A DNA stretch of 64,000 nucleotides, from positions 27,275 through 91,274 of the forward strand of contig JALMLS010000166.1 of NCBI GenBank assembly GCA_038496445.1, in the 5' to 3' direction. The notes beneath the pieces are model-generated. The model saw only the letters and a program-made list of their open reading frames with translations, was not told the origin of the DNA and made no database searches. The position numbers were made by a program, and so were the translations under genes. Source of the stretch: Trichosphaerium sp. ATCC 40318. Lineage: Eukaryota > Protista > Tubulinea. How positions within the stretch are numbered: the first letter of the stretch is position 1; the number at the start of each line of letters is the position of its first letter. Positions 24,211 through 36,109 of this stretch are shown piece by piece.

Positions 24211-25449
24211 TTGCAAGTACTCAATGTTCAATTACTCGTTCTTGGCATTGTGTTCCTTTCAGCCTTATGTTGTGCAGCACGCTCAATCATTGCTTATCAT
24301 CAAAAGCACTGAGCAAGTTCTTTACTGAACTAGAACCATTTACTCGTCTTCTGCCAAATTTTGCATTAGCGTCTGCGCCGCCTTTAATTCACGTAGTATC
24401 GTAAGTGTCAAATGGCAAAGGTATTTTGACTTGATTGAGTTAAGTGATAGCGTAGAGTGCTTATTAGAGAAGATGCCCATTGACTCCATCTCAGATGTCA
24501 AGGCAGCAAGTTCATCAACCTCGGTTTGGATCTCAGCGCCATCTTTGTATACCTCCTGAAGCGAATATTAGAGAGGTACGATGCCAACAAACAAGAAACA
24601 AAAGGGGTTTTTTCGAAACAAGGACATACGTTGCCAGCAGCAATACGCTCACCAGGTTCACCATCACACTACACAGGATTAAATATTTTGGTAAATATTT
24701 AAAATAAATAGCCATGCAAGAATTTTTATGCGAGGCAAATAGTAACTACTAAAAAATAAATAAAAAAGCACGTGTGTTTACTTTTTGTGGATACATCTCT
24801 AGTGTTTTAAATAATCACGTGATTTAAATCCAAATAACTCCAAAACAAAAATCAAAAAAATACTTTTTTACTAACAGTGGAAACAAGTACCTTGCACGCT
24901 ATTGTAATGATAGCGCTCATAGTCTTTGGCCATTTCACACTATCAAAATATAGTATTCTACATTTTTAGCTTCTGGATAAGCGGCTGCAATCAATTTAGG
25001 AGCATCTACCCTCCGTAAGCGTTACATTTTTGAAATAGAAAAAAAATCTGAAGCTTGCTGCAAAATATACAAACACTTCCTACTGTACCAATGATCTTTA
25101 ATGTAACGTCAAGGCCGCTTAGTTTTTCAATAACATTTCTTTCAACCTTTACTAACCGAATATCACACTGTATGATATTATCAGCCATAAGCTTAGCGTC
25201 CAAAGACTCGATAGTGTTACCAGCAGTCTTAACAGGCGCTGATTTCTCCCAAAAAAAAATAATATTTGCTTGTTCGCAAGCTTTGTTTCAAACCTGTTGG
25301 TTCTTTTGCCAGGAGCTAGTTGATGTATTTTGGCCTACATATGTTGCACCAGGATCACGGCTAAAGTTATTATGACGTCAACTTTATATATTGCTAAAAA
25401 ATCACAAAAATATATTTCAGAAAAAAAAAAAAGTTCGTTATCGGTACCT

Positions 25450-27050
25450 GACAATCAATAGCATAACCTTGTGTTCCGTTTTGAGGTGTAAAAGTACCAC
25501 CAAAAGTGACATGGGCTCCTTGGAACACATACTTCATGCCCTCTGTACGAAGACGTTAAAACAAACATTGAACAACGTTTGTACTTGAACCAACTTAGTA
25601 AACCGGCTTGCATGTTTTTAACATCAGTCAATCCTTTGAGTAAGAACAGAGTCTCCACCACCAACATAGTAAGTCTCAAGTGTGTACTTGAGAGCAAAAA
25701 GAGCAGCATAAGCAGAAAAGTTGTTTCGTTTGATACGTTAGTTGCCTCATCAGGATCAGTTGGGAACATTTGTGTTCCTATGGGTAGGTAGTTAGTTTAA
25801 GATGATATGGATAGTTAATGTGTACCAAGTGGACAATGATATAGAGAACTAAGTTTTGTTGCAAGAGCCTTCATGGCTGGTAAGATACTCAAAGCGAGTT
25901 GGACTTCAGCTGGAGCTTTATCAAATGTCTCAAACTTGGTAATATTCAAGCATTCTCTCAAATACATCACTTGAAGAGGTCCCAAAATAGCACTCCATAC
26001 GTTTTCTCCAGTAATAGGTTTACTAAGAGAACATTAAAAAAAGAAAAATTCGTTTTGTTGTCGTAACAACTTAAATCCAATAAAGACGCAACCAGTCATT
26101 CCAATGAACCATACCGAAGATTCCAAGGTGTAGTGGTATCATTATTAGGTCCTGGTGGAGGAACTTTCCACATCCAACCTTTCTGCAGTGAGAAAAAGAA
26201 AAGTACAAAAAAATCACGTGTTTTTTAATACTTACCGTAGTCACCGCTTACTGGGTCGTGCATCGCCTATTTTGGACCTATCATACGATAAAAGTAACCA
26301 CCGCCAACTTTTCTTTCTGCGACTTGGTCACAACATTCACCACAACACGTTGGATCTTGTAGTTTTACCTGTAATGAAAAAAAAAGGGTAAGGTGACAAT
26401 TAGTGTTAACTTTACTATCAAAAAAAAAAGACTTGTGTAAAAACAAAAACTTACGTGTGACATGTTCCCTGGTAGTTTTACTGATGCCAAGGCGCCCCCA
26501 GATATTTTACTTGCACCATACTTATACCTATAAAAGAGAAAAAAGGGTAAGTCTTTGCCACCCTTTTTTCTTCAAAAACGGACAAAATGCTACCTGAGGC
26601 AATGGCTCTAATTTGAATTAATCCACCAGCTTGTGCGTTAGCACCTGTAGTAGATTGATAAAGGCTGGAGCGAAGGTAAAGCTCAACCTATTTTTGTCAA
26701 CCAACTTTTTTGGGCAATTGTTAAAAATACGAACCAATCCTGCGTATCCTTCAAGAGCAAGGGCTACACTCCATACACCACCATCATATAAATTCAAACC
26801 GACGTTAGTCAATGTACGTTCTTGTTGAGCAATAGCAGAATCGAATGGTAGCATGTTACCGAAAGGATCAAAGGCACTATACGAAGTTAACTTCTGAAAA
26901 TAATTGGACATTTCTTTAAACTATTGCAAAATGAAGTACTTCACTTTGTTTTTATTTTTATCTAGTAAAAATATATGCGCACCGGAAGCAAGGTATGTTG
27001 GAGAATACCAGAATGATCTACCAGTGCATGGTATCACGTCATTGTAACTC
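25450..27050 (-). pseudogene. Degenerate fragment of a secreted glycosidase-like protein (tGLP1-like family from memory), MULE cargo
   Basis: Motifs GLNLYDGGVWSVALAL, GYFYRMIGPK, WNDW|KPITGENVWSAILGPLQ, VSNE; frameshifts present. The family assignment is recalled, not searched. Confidence 0.5.
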
Positions 27051-27124
27051 TTTGGCATGCCATCCTTAATAAAGGCAATGAGACATTGTATTATAATATC
27101 ACATGAGCAATCATTAAATGCTTT

Positions 27125-27462
27125 GACACTAGGCTCCATAATGTCCCTATTACGAAAGTTAGCGCCAATATTAAAGCGAGTAAACAACTAGGTACCAAGC
27201 ATATTCCCACCATGTTAAGCGTGTGAAAATTAGAAATTGACCACAAAGAACACCGAGACCACCCCACGCCTACAAGGGCGATCAATAAATCTCTACTTCT
27301 AAAAGTGCTGATATGTACCAAATAGCAGCAAATCGGGATGCCGTAGCACGCAATCTTTGATACTCTTCGTGCGTAGGTTTCAATTCCTCCTCAAGTTGCT
27401 TGTATCGTATTTTTTTGTCTGAGAGAAAAGTATACCTTGTGGATTTACAGTCATGTTGACCT
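27125..27462 (-). pseudogene. MCU: Captured fragment of the mitochondrial calcium uniporter gene, MULE cargo
   Basis: Coiled coil KQLEEELKPTHEEYQRL, then WGGLGVLCGQFLIFTRLTWWEYAW|DIMEP (MCU pore signature WDIMEP across a GT-AG intron); similarity stops right after DIMEP. Confidence 0.8.
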
Positions 27463-27969
27463 ATAACAAGCACGTGAGCATAGAGGAATATCAAAAGGAA
27501 AAAGCAAGAGAGGAGATGTTTTTATGAAAAGAACGTACGTATTTATCATTTGTCTCAAGCTCATAGTCGCAGGCCTGATACGTGTACAGGCATTGTGTAC
27601 CTAGGATACGAATACTGTTAGTTTTACAAATTTTAACTTGCTCATGCCAGTCATAGCGTTAAGAATTTTTTCTTGTTGTTTTAGGTACAACTGTACCGCG
27701 TATTGAGCTTTCTTCCGCTTAGCCATTACCCTAAGATTGTTTAACGCGCATCTAAAATTTTTTTACACCAAATAGACAATTGTAAAACGCACTGTCTTTT
27801 TTGCGTAGTATTAAGGCGTTTGCGCATAGCCATGCAACGAAGGGCCGCTTTTACTTTATTTGCTGGCAAAGATAAAATGCTGTTGATTTGGAGGAATACC
27901 GCTGTTGATCTGGAGAAATACCAAGCTCTCAGCTACTTCTAAAGCCAACTTGGGTTTTTCTAATAAGTT

Positions 27970-30853
27970 TTAACACAAACTACAACGACTGCATAGTCTC
28001 CAACCCAATAACAAACAGACATGCTTCAGCTTTAACAGGCAATATAGATTTGTCTCCTACCAAAGTTGGAGGTAAAATCAACTCGCCTTACAAGCCACCT
28101 ACTAGAATGTCTCCTCCACCTTCTCCTATGAGGTATGATAGAGACTATAGAAAGGCTCTAAAGCATCCAATTGTTCGTACTGTTGCTGATAAGGTACGCA
28201 TCAACAAAGGTTTTCTGCACTAAATAATTATTTAGTTATCTGAAGCCATGGAAATTAGAGGTATGTTATTGAAAGACTTTGGAGATGCATATTTTGACTA
28301 TGTTGTGGAAAACCACGAAATTATGGACAATGTAGATTACGAGTTGTTGGTGAAAACCTTGTTCTCTCCGTGGGAAATACAGTACGTTCAATTTTTTTAT
28401 TTATTTTTTTTTCTAATATTTTACTTAGTATGCTCAAATTTCTTTTGAGTTATCATCAATTGTATCCCCACCTGGATCAGCTAGGTCCTAAAACAGCTTC
28501 GTATATCAGATTTCTGATTCAAACGCATCTTGGTGATTTACCATTCCGTTGGGTTACTCCACACAGTCCTGAATAATTATGTTGTAGGCAATCCTTTAAC
28601 ATGTAGTTCTGAAACGTACGAGCAACTATATAATAAAATATTTGTCGTTCAATTGATATTGCTTTCTTAGCTCTTACAACTGATCACAACCTCATTTTGA
28701 TTATCTTAATGTGTTAGTGAGCCTACTTTGGATACCAAAGGAAGCATTAATGTTGTTTGAGCTTGCAAGTAATGGCTTTGGTTGTACTTTTTCTAATTTT
28801 ATTTTTGACTATTGTACCACTTTTGTATTACAACTTCTTCCTTAACCAGCTCTTACAACTGATCACAACCTCATTTTGATTATCTTAATGTGTTAGTGAG
28901 CTTACTTTGGATACCAAAGGAAGCATTAACGTTGTTTGAGCTTGTAAGTAATGGTTTTGGTTGTATTTTTTCTACTTTTATTTTTGATTGTTCGTGTTTT
29001 TGTATTACAGCTTACTTTGCTCATTTTCTACTGATCACAACTGCATTTTGATTATCTTAATGTGTTAGTGAGCTTACTTTGGATACCAAAGAAAGCATTA
29101 ACATCGATTTTGAGCTTAGTAGTTGTTTGTAATTTATTTTTTTACCTTACATAATTATTTCTATCTCTGTCTTGGTTTCTTATTGAATTGTAGTTCAAAT
29201 CCATCGTCTAAAAAGAAGATAGATTATAGAAAGTATGAACTGTTACATATTTTTGACGATAAAACAGATGAAGAGGTTGACACTTTTTTTGACTCTTTAT
29301 CTGATGCTAATAAACGTCTGGTTCTTAGAAACTTGGTATCTACTTTGTTTTATATAATTAATAGCACCTTAATTATTATCTTGTAGAACAACCAATTACT
29401 TTGGAGAAAGCATCCGGTGGCTTGTCATTTTTTTACAAAAAAACAAATAACGTATTTGGAGCGAAAATATAAATGGTTATATTGGTACCTAGTTTTGTCT
29501 TAATGGGTTGTTTTTCCTTGCCATAATAGTAATATTTAGCAACTTATATGCCAATGATGCTGATTATAAGACAAGGAAAACTAAAAGTGCTAAAACTGGA
29601 AAACGTGACTTTTTGCGTTGGGTACACGGATTTTAATGTTATTTCTACATTCCAATTATATTTTTTAGGCACATTTGCAGATGGCCGTTTATTTACGTCG
29701 TAACATGTCATTGACATATCCTCCTGAAACTTCTTTGATTGACCAAAACCCCAGAGGCGATAAAATAGCTGATGCTGTAATGTTCGACAAACATTATCCC
29801 ATTTGTACATATGGATATGGCGATTACAAGGCATATAAGTACTAACAAGTTAAAATGTGTCAAAATGTGTCAAACTAATTTGAGTTTAGAAATTCTACGT
29901 TGCAAATAATTTCAGTTGGATACAATGGGTCTTTTAGAGACAATATCTTATGTAGTGATGATGATTTATTTATGGACGGCGTTGTATCTGTTGAGGAGTC
30001 AAAACACATGATTAATTTGGCACATAATTATTTTAAACCAGTACGCACTATTATCGTACGTTGCGTTATCATTCACTATTATTTAGATGTTGAGCTTGGT
30101 AGCCGAACATCCAGAAAAAACCTTTAAAAAACTTTGGCACGATTTGTTTGGCCATTATTACTATAGCAAGGTTAGTTTAGTGTTAGATAGTCTAAATTGC
30201 AGCTATTACGGAAAAGTCGGAATGAAACATACGTGTTTACATGTAGATCTACTTTGTTCTTATGCAACTGCACCACATTGGGGTGGAGGAGGATTTGGTA
30301 GCAAGAATACTCCAGCTGCAAAGGCTGCCAAAAAAATGTTTACTCCAGAAATATTAGCATTAAAGAAAAAATGGAAAAGTACGTCCAAAAATGAGGTTTG
30401 TACATTTTAATAAGGTTAGTTACATCCAAAAAATACACTGCTGAACGATTTTCTTTGTTGGGCCGTCATAGAATAATTGAATTGGAGCCTCATGTTATGA
30501 TTTGTAACTTGGATAGCGCATATTTTGTACACTTGCCAGGCCAACACGAAGATTATCCGTGGACAATATTCAAAAGAGTACTTAGTTTCCGTATTGTTAT
30601 TGTTAAACGTTCTACTCACTATTTGTAGATTCAAAAACAAAAAGCGGCTATAGACATACATTGGTGCGTAATCCATTGGCCTAAATTGTGTAATGGACAA
30701 ACTCACTACTGTATTGTGTTTGCTACACCTCCTGTTCAAAATCCTTTTGGTCTTTTACAAGAAATTGAAATTGTAGCATTGGGCGTAGAACTTAGGAAAA
30801 AAGTGGATGAAGTCATGGCACAGTTGTATCCCAATGTGCGTTCACATATTTAA
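27970..30853 (+). CDS. Multi-exon hypothetical gene (possibly decayed) inside the MULE, co-oriented with the transposase
   Basis: Series of GT-AG-bounded coding exons (e.g. MEIRGMLLKDFGDAYF, YATAPHWGGGGFG, IIELEPHVMICNLD, ending ...YPNVRSHI*); no family recognised. Confidence 0.45.
28671..29120. repeat. About 2.5 copies of a ~179-bp tandem repeat
   Basis: ACTGATCACAAC..CATTTTGATTATCTTAATGTGTTAGTGAGC.TACTTTGGATACCAAAG recurs at ~28679, ~28858 and ~29030. Confidence 0.9.
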
Positions 30854-30982
30854 TATGGCTTAAATTAATATTTTTAGACTAAATATTAATCTTGGTAAAA
30901 AAAGCTCACAAAGACTGTTAACGACTTAAATAATAAATTCTTGTTGTATCTAAATTACATTACACGTTATGTATTAATTCTT

Positions 30983-33900
30983 ATGGCAAAAAAAGGTTAT
31001 GTAACCAATGGACCCAACTCACACAGTGATACAGACACTACAACATTGTTTTGGCGTGATTTGTTTGATCGTCCCATAACTTTTGCTCACGGCACACAAT
31101 ACGGTTGTCAATGGACAGTGAACAAAAGGAAACATATCAACAAAAAGTACGTACCAAATCCACCTACATTTTGTAGCATTGTAGCTTGTAGCGTTGTAGC
31201 GCACTGTTAGTAATTAGTGCAAATAGAAATACCAAAGGTGGCCAGACAAAAATTGATGCCAACAACAAAAATGTCAACAACAATGACGTCAATGACATCA
31301 ACAACAATGATATAGCAACTAGAGTGTATTGTAAATGTACGATAGTTTCTAACTGCTCCGGTACGTTTGTTTTGTTGTATAATACGATAACTGTTGTTGA
31401 TATTCATTACAGCTAAAGTGAACTTTGCGATTGATGCACGTGGAACAATAGTTTCAATTCGCAACACAGAAAAACACGCTCCAAATTGTTTACCTCAAAA
31501 CAGCATTGATTTTAGACTTAGCGAGTCCACAAAACGCAAAGTACAAGATTACCTTTTAAGTGGTAAAACTCCTGAATTAGTGGTGCGTTCAAATGTGGTT
31601 GGTCATGCTACAATAAATTAAAATCTATTTGTATAACTAAACTTTTTGTTTGTTAGGCGTTAAACATGGTTAAAAATAGTGACAAAACGCTTTTAACTTT
31701 GGCAAATAGTTCTATTACACCTAGAGTAGACCAAATTCGAGCTGTGGCGCGCAAACTTAAAAAAGAGTCCCCATACAGCGACTTGGGAGTGCTTAGTACA
31801 ATCAGAGCAAAATATCCCGAAATCAACATTTGTTTGAAGCCGTTTGTGATTTCTAAATTTAATGAAGAGGTTTTGACAAATAAAAACAAAAAATACTTGC
31901 TACGTAAAACATTATTTCTTGACGGAGTACACAACATGGCAGACTTTAAAGAACACGTACGTAACAATATTTCTAAACCCAATTTAGTACGTTGTTTAAC
32001 TTTTTATTAAGTTGTTGTTCTTTTGGAGTATATGTGACAAAGACACTGTTAAAGTGGGCTATGCATTGATGTTAGGGAAAACATTGGAGGAGTACAGATA
32101 TGCATGCGTTGCGTTGGTCAACAAAAATTTCAAAAAATTCAACAGAATTGTTGTGGATTGTGAATTGAATTTAAGGTACCATTGGATATTAAATCTGTTG
32201 ACACATACTAATTTGTATTTACTTTACAGATATGCCCTATTAGAGCTATTTTCAGATATACAAGTCACTTTATGCAAGTTTCACGTTGCTAAAGCACACA
32301 AAGAAAAACGAAAGAAATTAAAATTGTCAACATCTGATATGCTTTGGTGTCGTAATTTTAGCATGTTGCTTTTAGACGCTCAAAGCAGAGAGTTATTTGT
32401 TGAAATATGGAACCTTGCAAAACAAGAGGTACACAGATGTACTCAAATTAGTGCTGACATTTTTTAGGTATCCGAATTGAAAAAAAAAAAAAAAAATTGG
32501 CAAAAAAAGGCCACTTATATGGCATACTTGTATAAAACTTGGGTTTCAAAAAAGGCTACACACCCTCCTGAACTTTGGTCTGCTTACAGTGTAATTGATG
32601 ACGAAGAATACATGGAAAACAGAACTAATAATAGATCTGAAGGCAACAATAAAAGATTTAAAGATAGTTGTGCTGGAGTACGTGCTATGCATTTAATATT
32701 TTCTAACCAGCTTTTTTAAAGACAGGAATACAGTGTAGAACGGATAAGCTGGTCGAATTATTAGAAGAGTTTCAATTTTACAACGTTTTTAAAGCTATAC
32801 AATGTACGTGCTGAATATTTGTGTTCATTTCTAATAATATTTCTAGCTAATAGAAGCACAACACACCACGATTACCACAACCAATCGCGACTACTTGTTA
32901 GAGTAGGTAAAGAACAAGACGCTCAAAAACTGCTAGATCACTGGCGTCAAAATTATGAAAACAAATGCAAAACTTCAAATGTTCCTGTGTATAAAAACCG
33001 TCCAGTGTTGGCAACGGAAAACAATGACTTACACAATGTTGCTGTTAATTACAATGATGAAAAAGAAGGTGAGAATAAAACCAACGATAGAGATGCTTTA
33101 CAAGTTTCAGATAATGGAGCAGACTCAAACGAATGTGATACGTATGTACCTTTCTTTTTTTTTCCCCCCCAATTCTTTGTTAGCTCTGCAGATTCCATTG
33201 ACGTAAGTGACGGTATGCCTTTACCTACAACAAAGTATTTGATGAATGTGGTCCAAAACATAGAATTAAAAAAAAGGCTTGCAAACGATGGCAATTTTGG
33301 TGATACGTAAGTACAAACATTTTCTATATTGTAAATCTTACAATAATAATAGTGCTTTTGAACGATTGAAGTCTCCTACTCCTATAAAACAATCCAAAAG
33401 CCTACAAGTGTTTACATCACCTACTCGTTCTCTTGAAAATAATAGCTCTATCAATACTTCTGAGAATACTTGTGAGAATACTTCTGAAGGTTTTATATAT
33501 CCTGAAGAGTTGAGTATGCCAAAATTGGATTTCTGGGACCAATATGTGTTTGATCTTTGTCGGTAAATATTTAATTATAGTTCTTTGTGATTTATTAAGT
33601 TTAGAAATCAAACGGCAAAGGTATGGCATGGGTTTTTAGTGTCTACATATCCTTGGTATAAAAACTTGCTACAAAAAAGAAAAGAATTTAGAGAAAGAGG
33701 AACATATACGATGGACAAACCACAAACCAATTTGAATGAATTGTTCAACGACAATAATGTTGCCAACAAAGCAATAGATGACAATACTACTAATGTAATA
33801 GATGATGCTAAAATTTACAGTGTTAACAACGTTGACGATACGAGGTACTGTATTTTTATTTTTTTTGTGACAATGTAATTGATTCTAACAAAGTTGCTTT

Positions 33901-35760
33901 AAGTTGTGATACAAAGTTTGATGACGATCATGTTGCCAAAATTGCCAGAGACTTAGCTGAGGTGGATAATTTGATGGACGTTGATAATGAAGTTTCTATC
34001 GATGCAACGCCTTTCATGCATTCAACTCCTGCTTCTTTTCAAAGACGCCACCAAGATATTAATAAGTCCAACACAAAGCCAAAAACAACACGAAAGCCAA
34101 TATTAATAGATCTCACCTCAGATAGTTCACCAAACAACTTTCCAATACAACGAACACCACATGTTTTAAGGCAAAACATGCCAGGACAAGGTAACATTCC
34201 CAAGGCATTAGCTGAGGTGCGTTAACAATCAACTACTATGATTTTGTTAAGACGAATTTAGGATAAAAAAAGAATAAGAAGAGAAGCAAAACTACAACGT
34301 GCTGGCAAAAAACTACAACCAAAGAAACGTGCCAGCAAAAAACTACAACCAAAGAAACGTGTAAAAGTAATCAAGCCAAAAAAACAAAAATCAACCATTC
34401 AAAGGTACTAACAATATCCACTGATTGTTTAATGACTTTGTTAGTCCAATTTCTTCTCGATTAAAGCCACGTAAAGCTACTAAAATGAACACTAAAAAGA
34501 TTGCGAAGCAAGCAGTAGAGTTTGACAGTGATGCCGTTGTAGCAGTTGGTGCTACAGGGCTGAAACTAAACAAGGCTTTGCCTTAAATATGAAGGCATTT
34601 TTTTAAAATCAGGCATTGATGGCAAAAATCAGGCATACAAAAATGGCAATGCCTGATTTTGCAAAGGCAATGGCAACAAAGGCAAAAATCAGGCATTGAA
34701 ATAAGGCTTTGTTGGGCAATGCCTTAATTGTTGCAATGCCTTGTTTTTTTTAGGCAATGCCTGCCCTAGTTTTTTTATGCATTGCCAGCCTTAAATTTAC
34801 AGGCACCAATTAGGCAATGGTTGTGTACACATTGTACATTAAGGATACATTGGTTTAAGGTAAGTCTCCACCACACCAACACTTTCTAAACATTTTTTTT
34901 TATTTACTACTGACGTTTTATATAGACGATGTCACCACGCGCTTAGTATTTTATGGATTCTAACGAAACCACCGCCATTCGAACCGCAGCACCCAAATCC
35001 ACCTACAACAGTAGTACAGGTACGTTAAACCATTTTTCCAGTCCGCGAAAATTATACCAATAATTTGTTAATTTTTTTTTTAAGCTAAAGGTTTTTTTTC
35101 ACATGGAGGACATTGCAGTTTTTTGTGTTTTGTGTACTGTACTTTAATAAATGAATCACTATTGTATGCCTATATAAAGCCTTGTTTTATGAGTATATGG
35201 TGCCTGGGTTATGCCCAAAAATTGAGGGCAAAAATGCCTTATTGTTGCACAAAAAATGAGGCATTATTGGACCAACAATGCAGGCTATTTTAAGGCTAAT
35301 TAGTGAACCAGTTGCTTGCTATTTGGCCCAAATATGAGGCTCCAAAGCCCAAAATTACAAGGCAATGCCTCATATTTGCTCATTTTTTTTGGCAAAAACA
35401 AGGCAATTTGGTGAAAAATAAGGCTGTATTTGGTGGCAAAAAAATGGCTTTTGTAAAAAAAGCCTTATTTAGTTTCAGCCCTGTAGCACAGGAAATCCGT
35501 TAGTCAAAATCGGAGATACTGTATCTGTTTTTTGGACTGAAGCAGAAGACTGGTATCCAGGAACTGTTCTCAAGTATTCTAAAAGAAAGGATGAATATGA
35601 AATCGAGTACAATGACTCTAAAGACCACCCTGAAGGAGGAGTTATTGAAAAGTTTGATGCTGACATATGGCATTTACTCGAACATAAAGACATTTGCAAA
35701 TGTTATGGTTGCCAACTCGAAACAATCAAACGTAGAAACAATAACAACCCCTTGGTATAA
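30983..35760 (+). CDS. Mutator/MULE DDE transposase with N-terminal WRKY/FLYWCH-like zinc finger and C-terminal Tudor domain; interrupted by a MITE
   Basis: CKCTIVSNCS|AKV...EKHAPNC; LFLDGVH (D1); IVVDCELNLR|YALLELF..IQVTLCKFH (D2 + CxxH); YLYKTWV; RTNNRSEGNN (E); after the MITE, VKIGDTVSVFWTEAEDWYPGTVLKY...YEIEYND. Confidence 0.85.
34555..35483. mobile_element. 929-bp non-autonomous TIR element (MITE, Tc1/mariner-type TA TSD) nested in the transposase gene
   Basis: TIRs CAGGGCTGAAACTAAA(C/T)AAGGCTTT; TA at 34553-34554 and 35484-35485; many subterminal AGGCA/TGCCT motifs; removal restores the frame ...VAVGA|STGNPLVKIGD. Confidence 0.92.
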
Positions 35761-35890
35761 TTGTAATTCTGTATCATTAAATAAGATATTTATAGCCTGG
35801 ACTACAAATTCGTAAAAGTCGAAAAAAATCGGAAAATTCTGAAACTTGGACAAGAATATAATCGTAAAATTCTGAGATTACTATGCCTCC

Positions 35891-36109
35891 CGCTCCATCA
35901 GCCATGAATTTTCTAAACGTTCCGTGTTTGTCCATATTTGCGTTAAATCTGCTCGTTTCTGCCGCTTGAAAACAAAGAAGAGGCCAATTGATAAAAGCGT
36001 GATAATCTGTGTTTAAAATCATATGTTGGATCTCTAGTGGTAAACAAAGCAATGTTGAGTCTTGTTTGCGTTCGTTTAAGGAAGATTCACTTGTATTACT
36101 ATCGCTCAT
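35891..36109 (-). pseudogene. 5' part (F-box-like N-terminus) of the split F-box-MORN gene; includes the right TSD 35891-35899
   Basis: LLCLPLEIQHMILNTD..FINWPLL...RF...KHG is homologous to the N-terminus of 53965-54573; joins in frame to 19796 (…MADGA|KHVETKF…). Confidence 0.88.

Larger units (their letters stand above)
19806..35890. mobile_element. Giant (16,085 bp) cargo-carrying Mutator-like DNA transposon
   Basis: 9-bp TSD; imperfect TIRs GGAACAGTGTATTCTCAGAAAATTCCGA (left) and GGAGGCATAGTAATCTCAGAATTTTACGA (right, reverse complement); subterminal TT(C/A)CGA repeats; internal MULE transposase; the empty site restores a host ORF. Confidence 0.9.

Noticed and set aside
34553-35485. Ciliate-type TA-bounded internal eliminated sequence
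   Set aside because: Standard genetic code and amoebozoan-like gene content; long TIRs fit an ordinary MITE.
35777-35890. C-terminal part of ORF 35777-36109 as genuine protein
   Set aside because: It is read-through into the right TIR of the MULE; the true continuation is at 19796.
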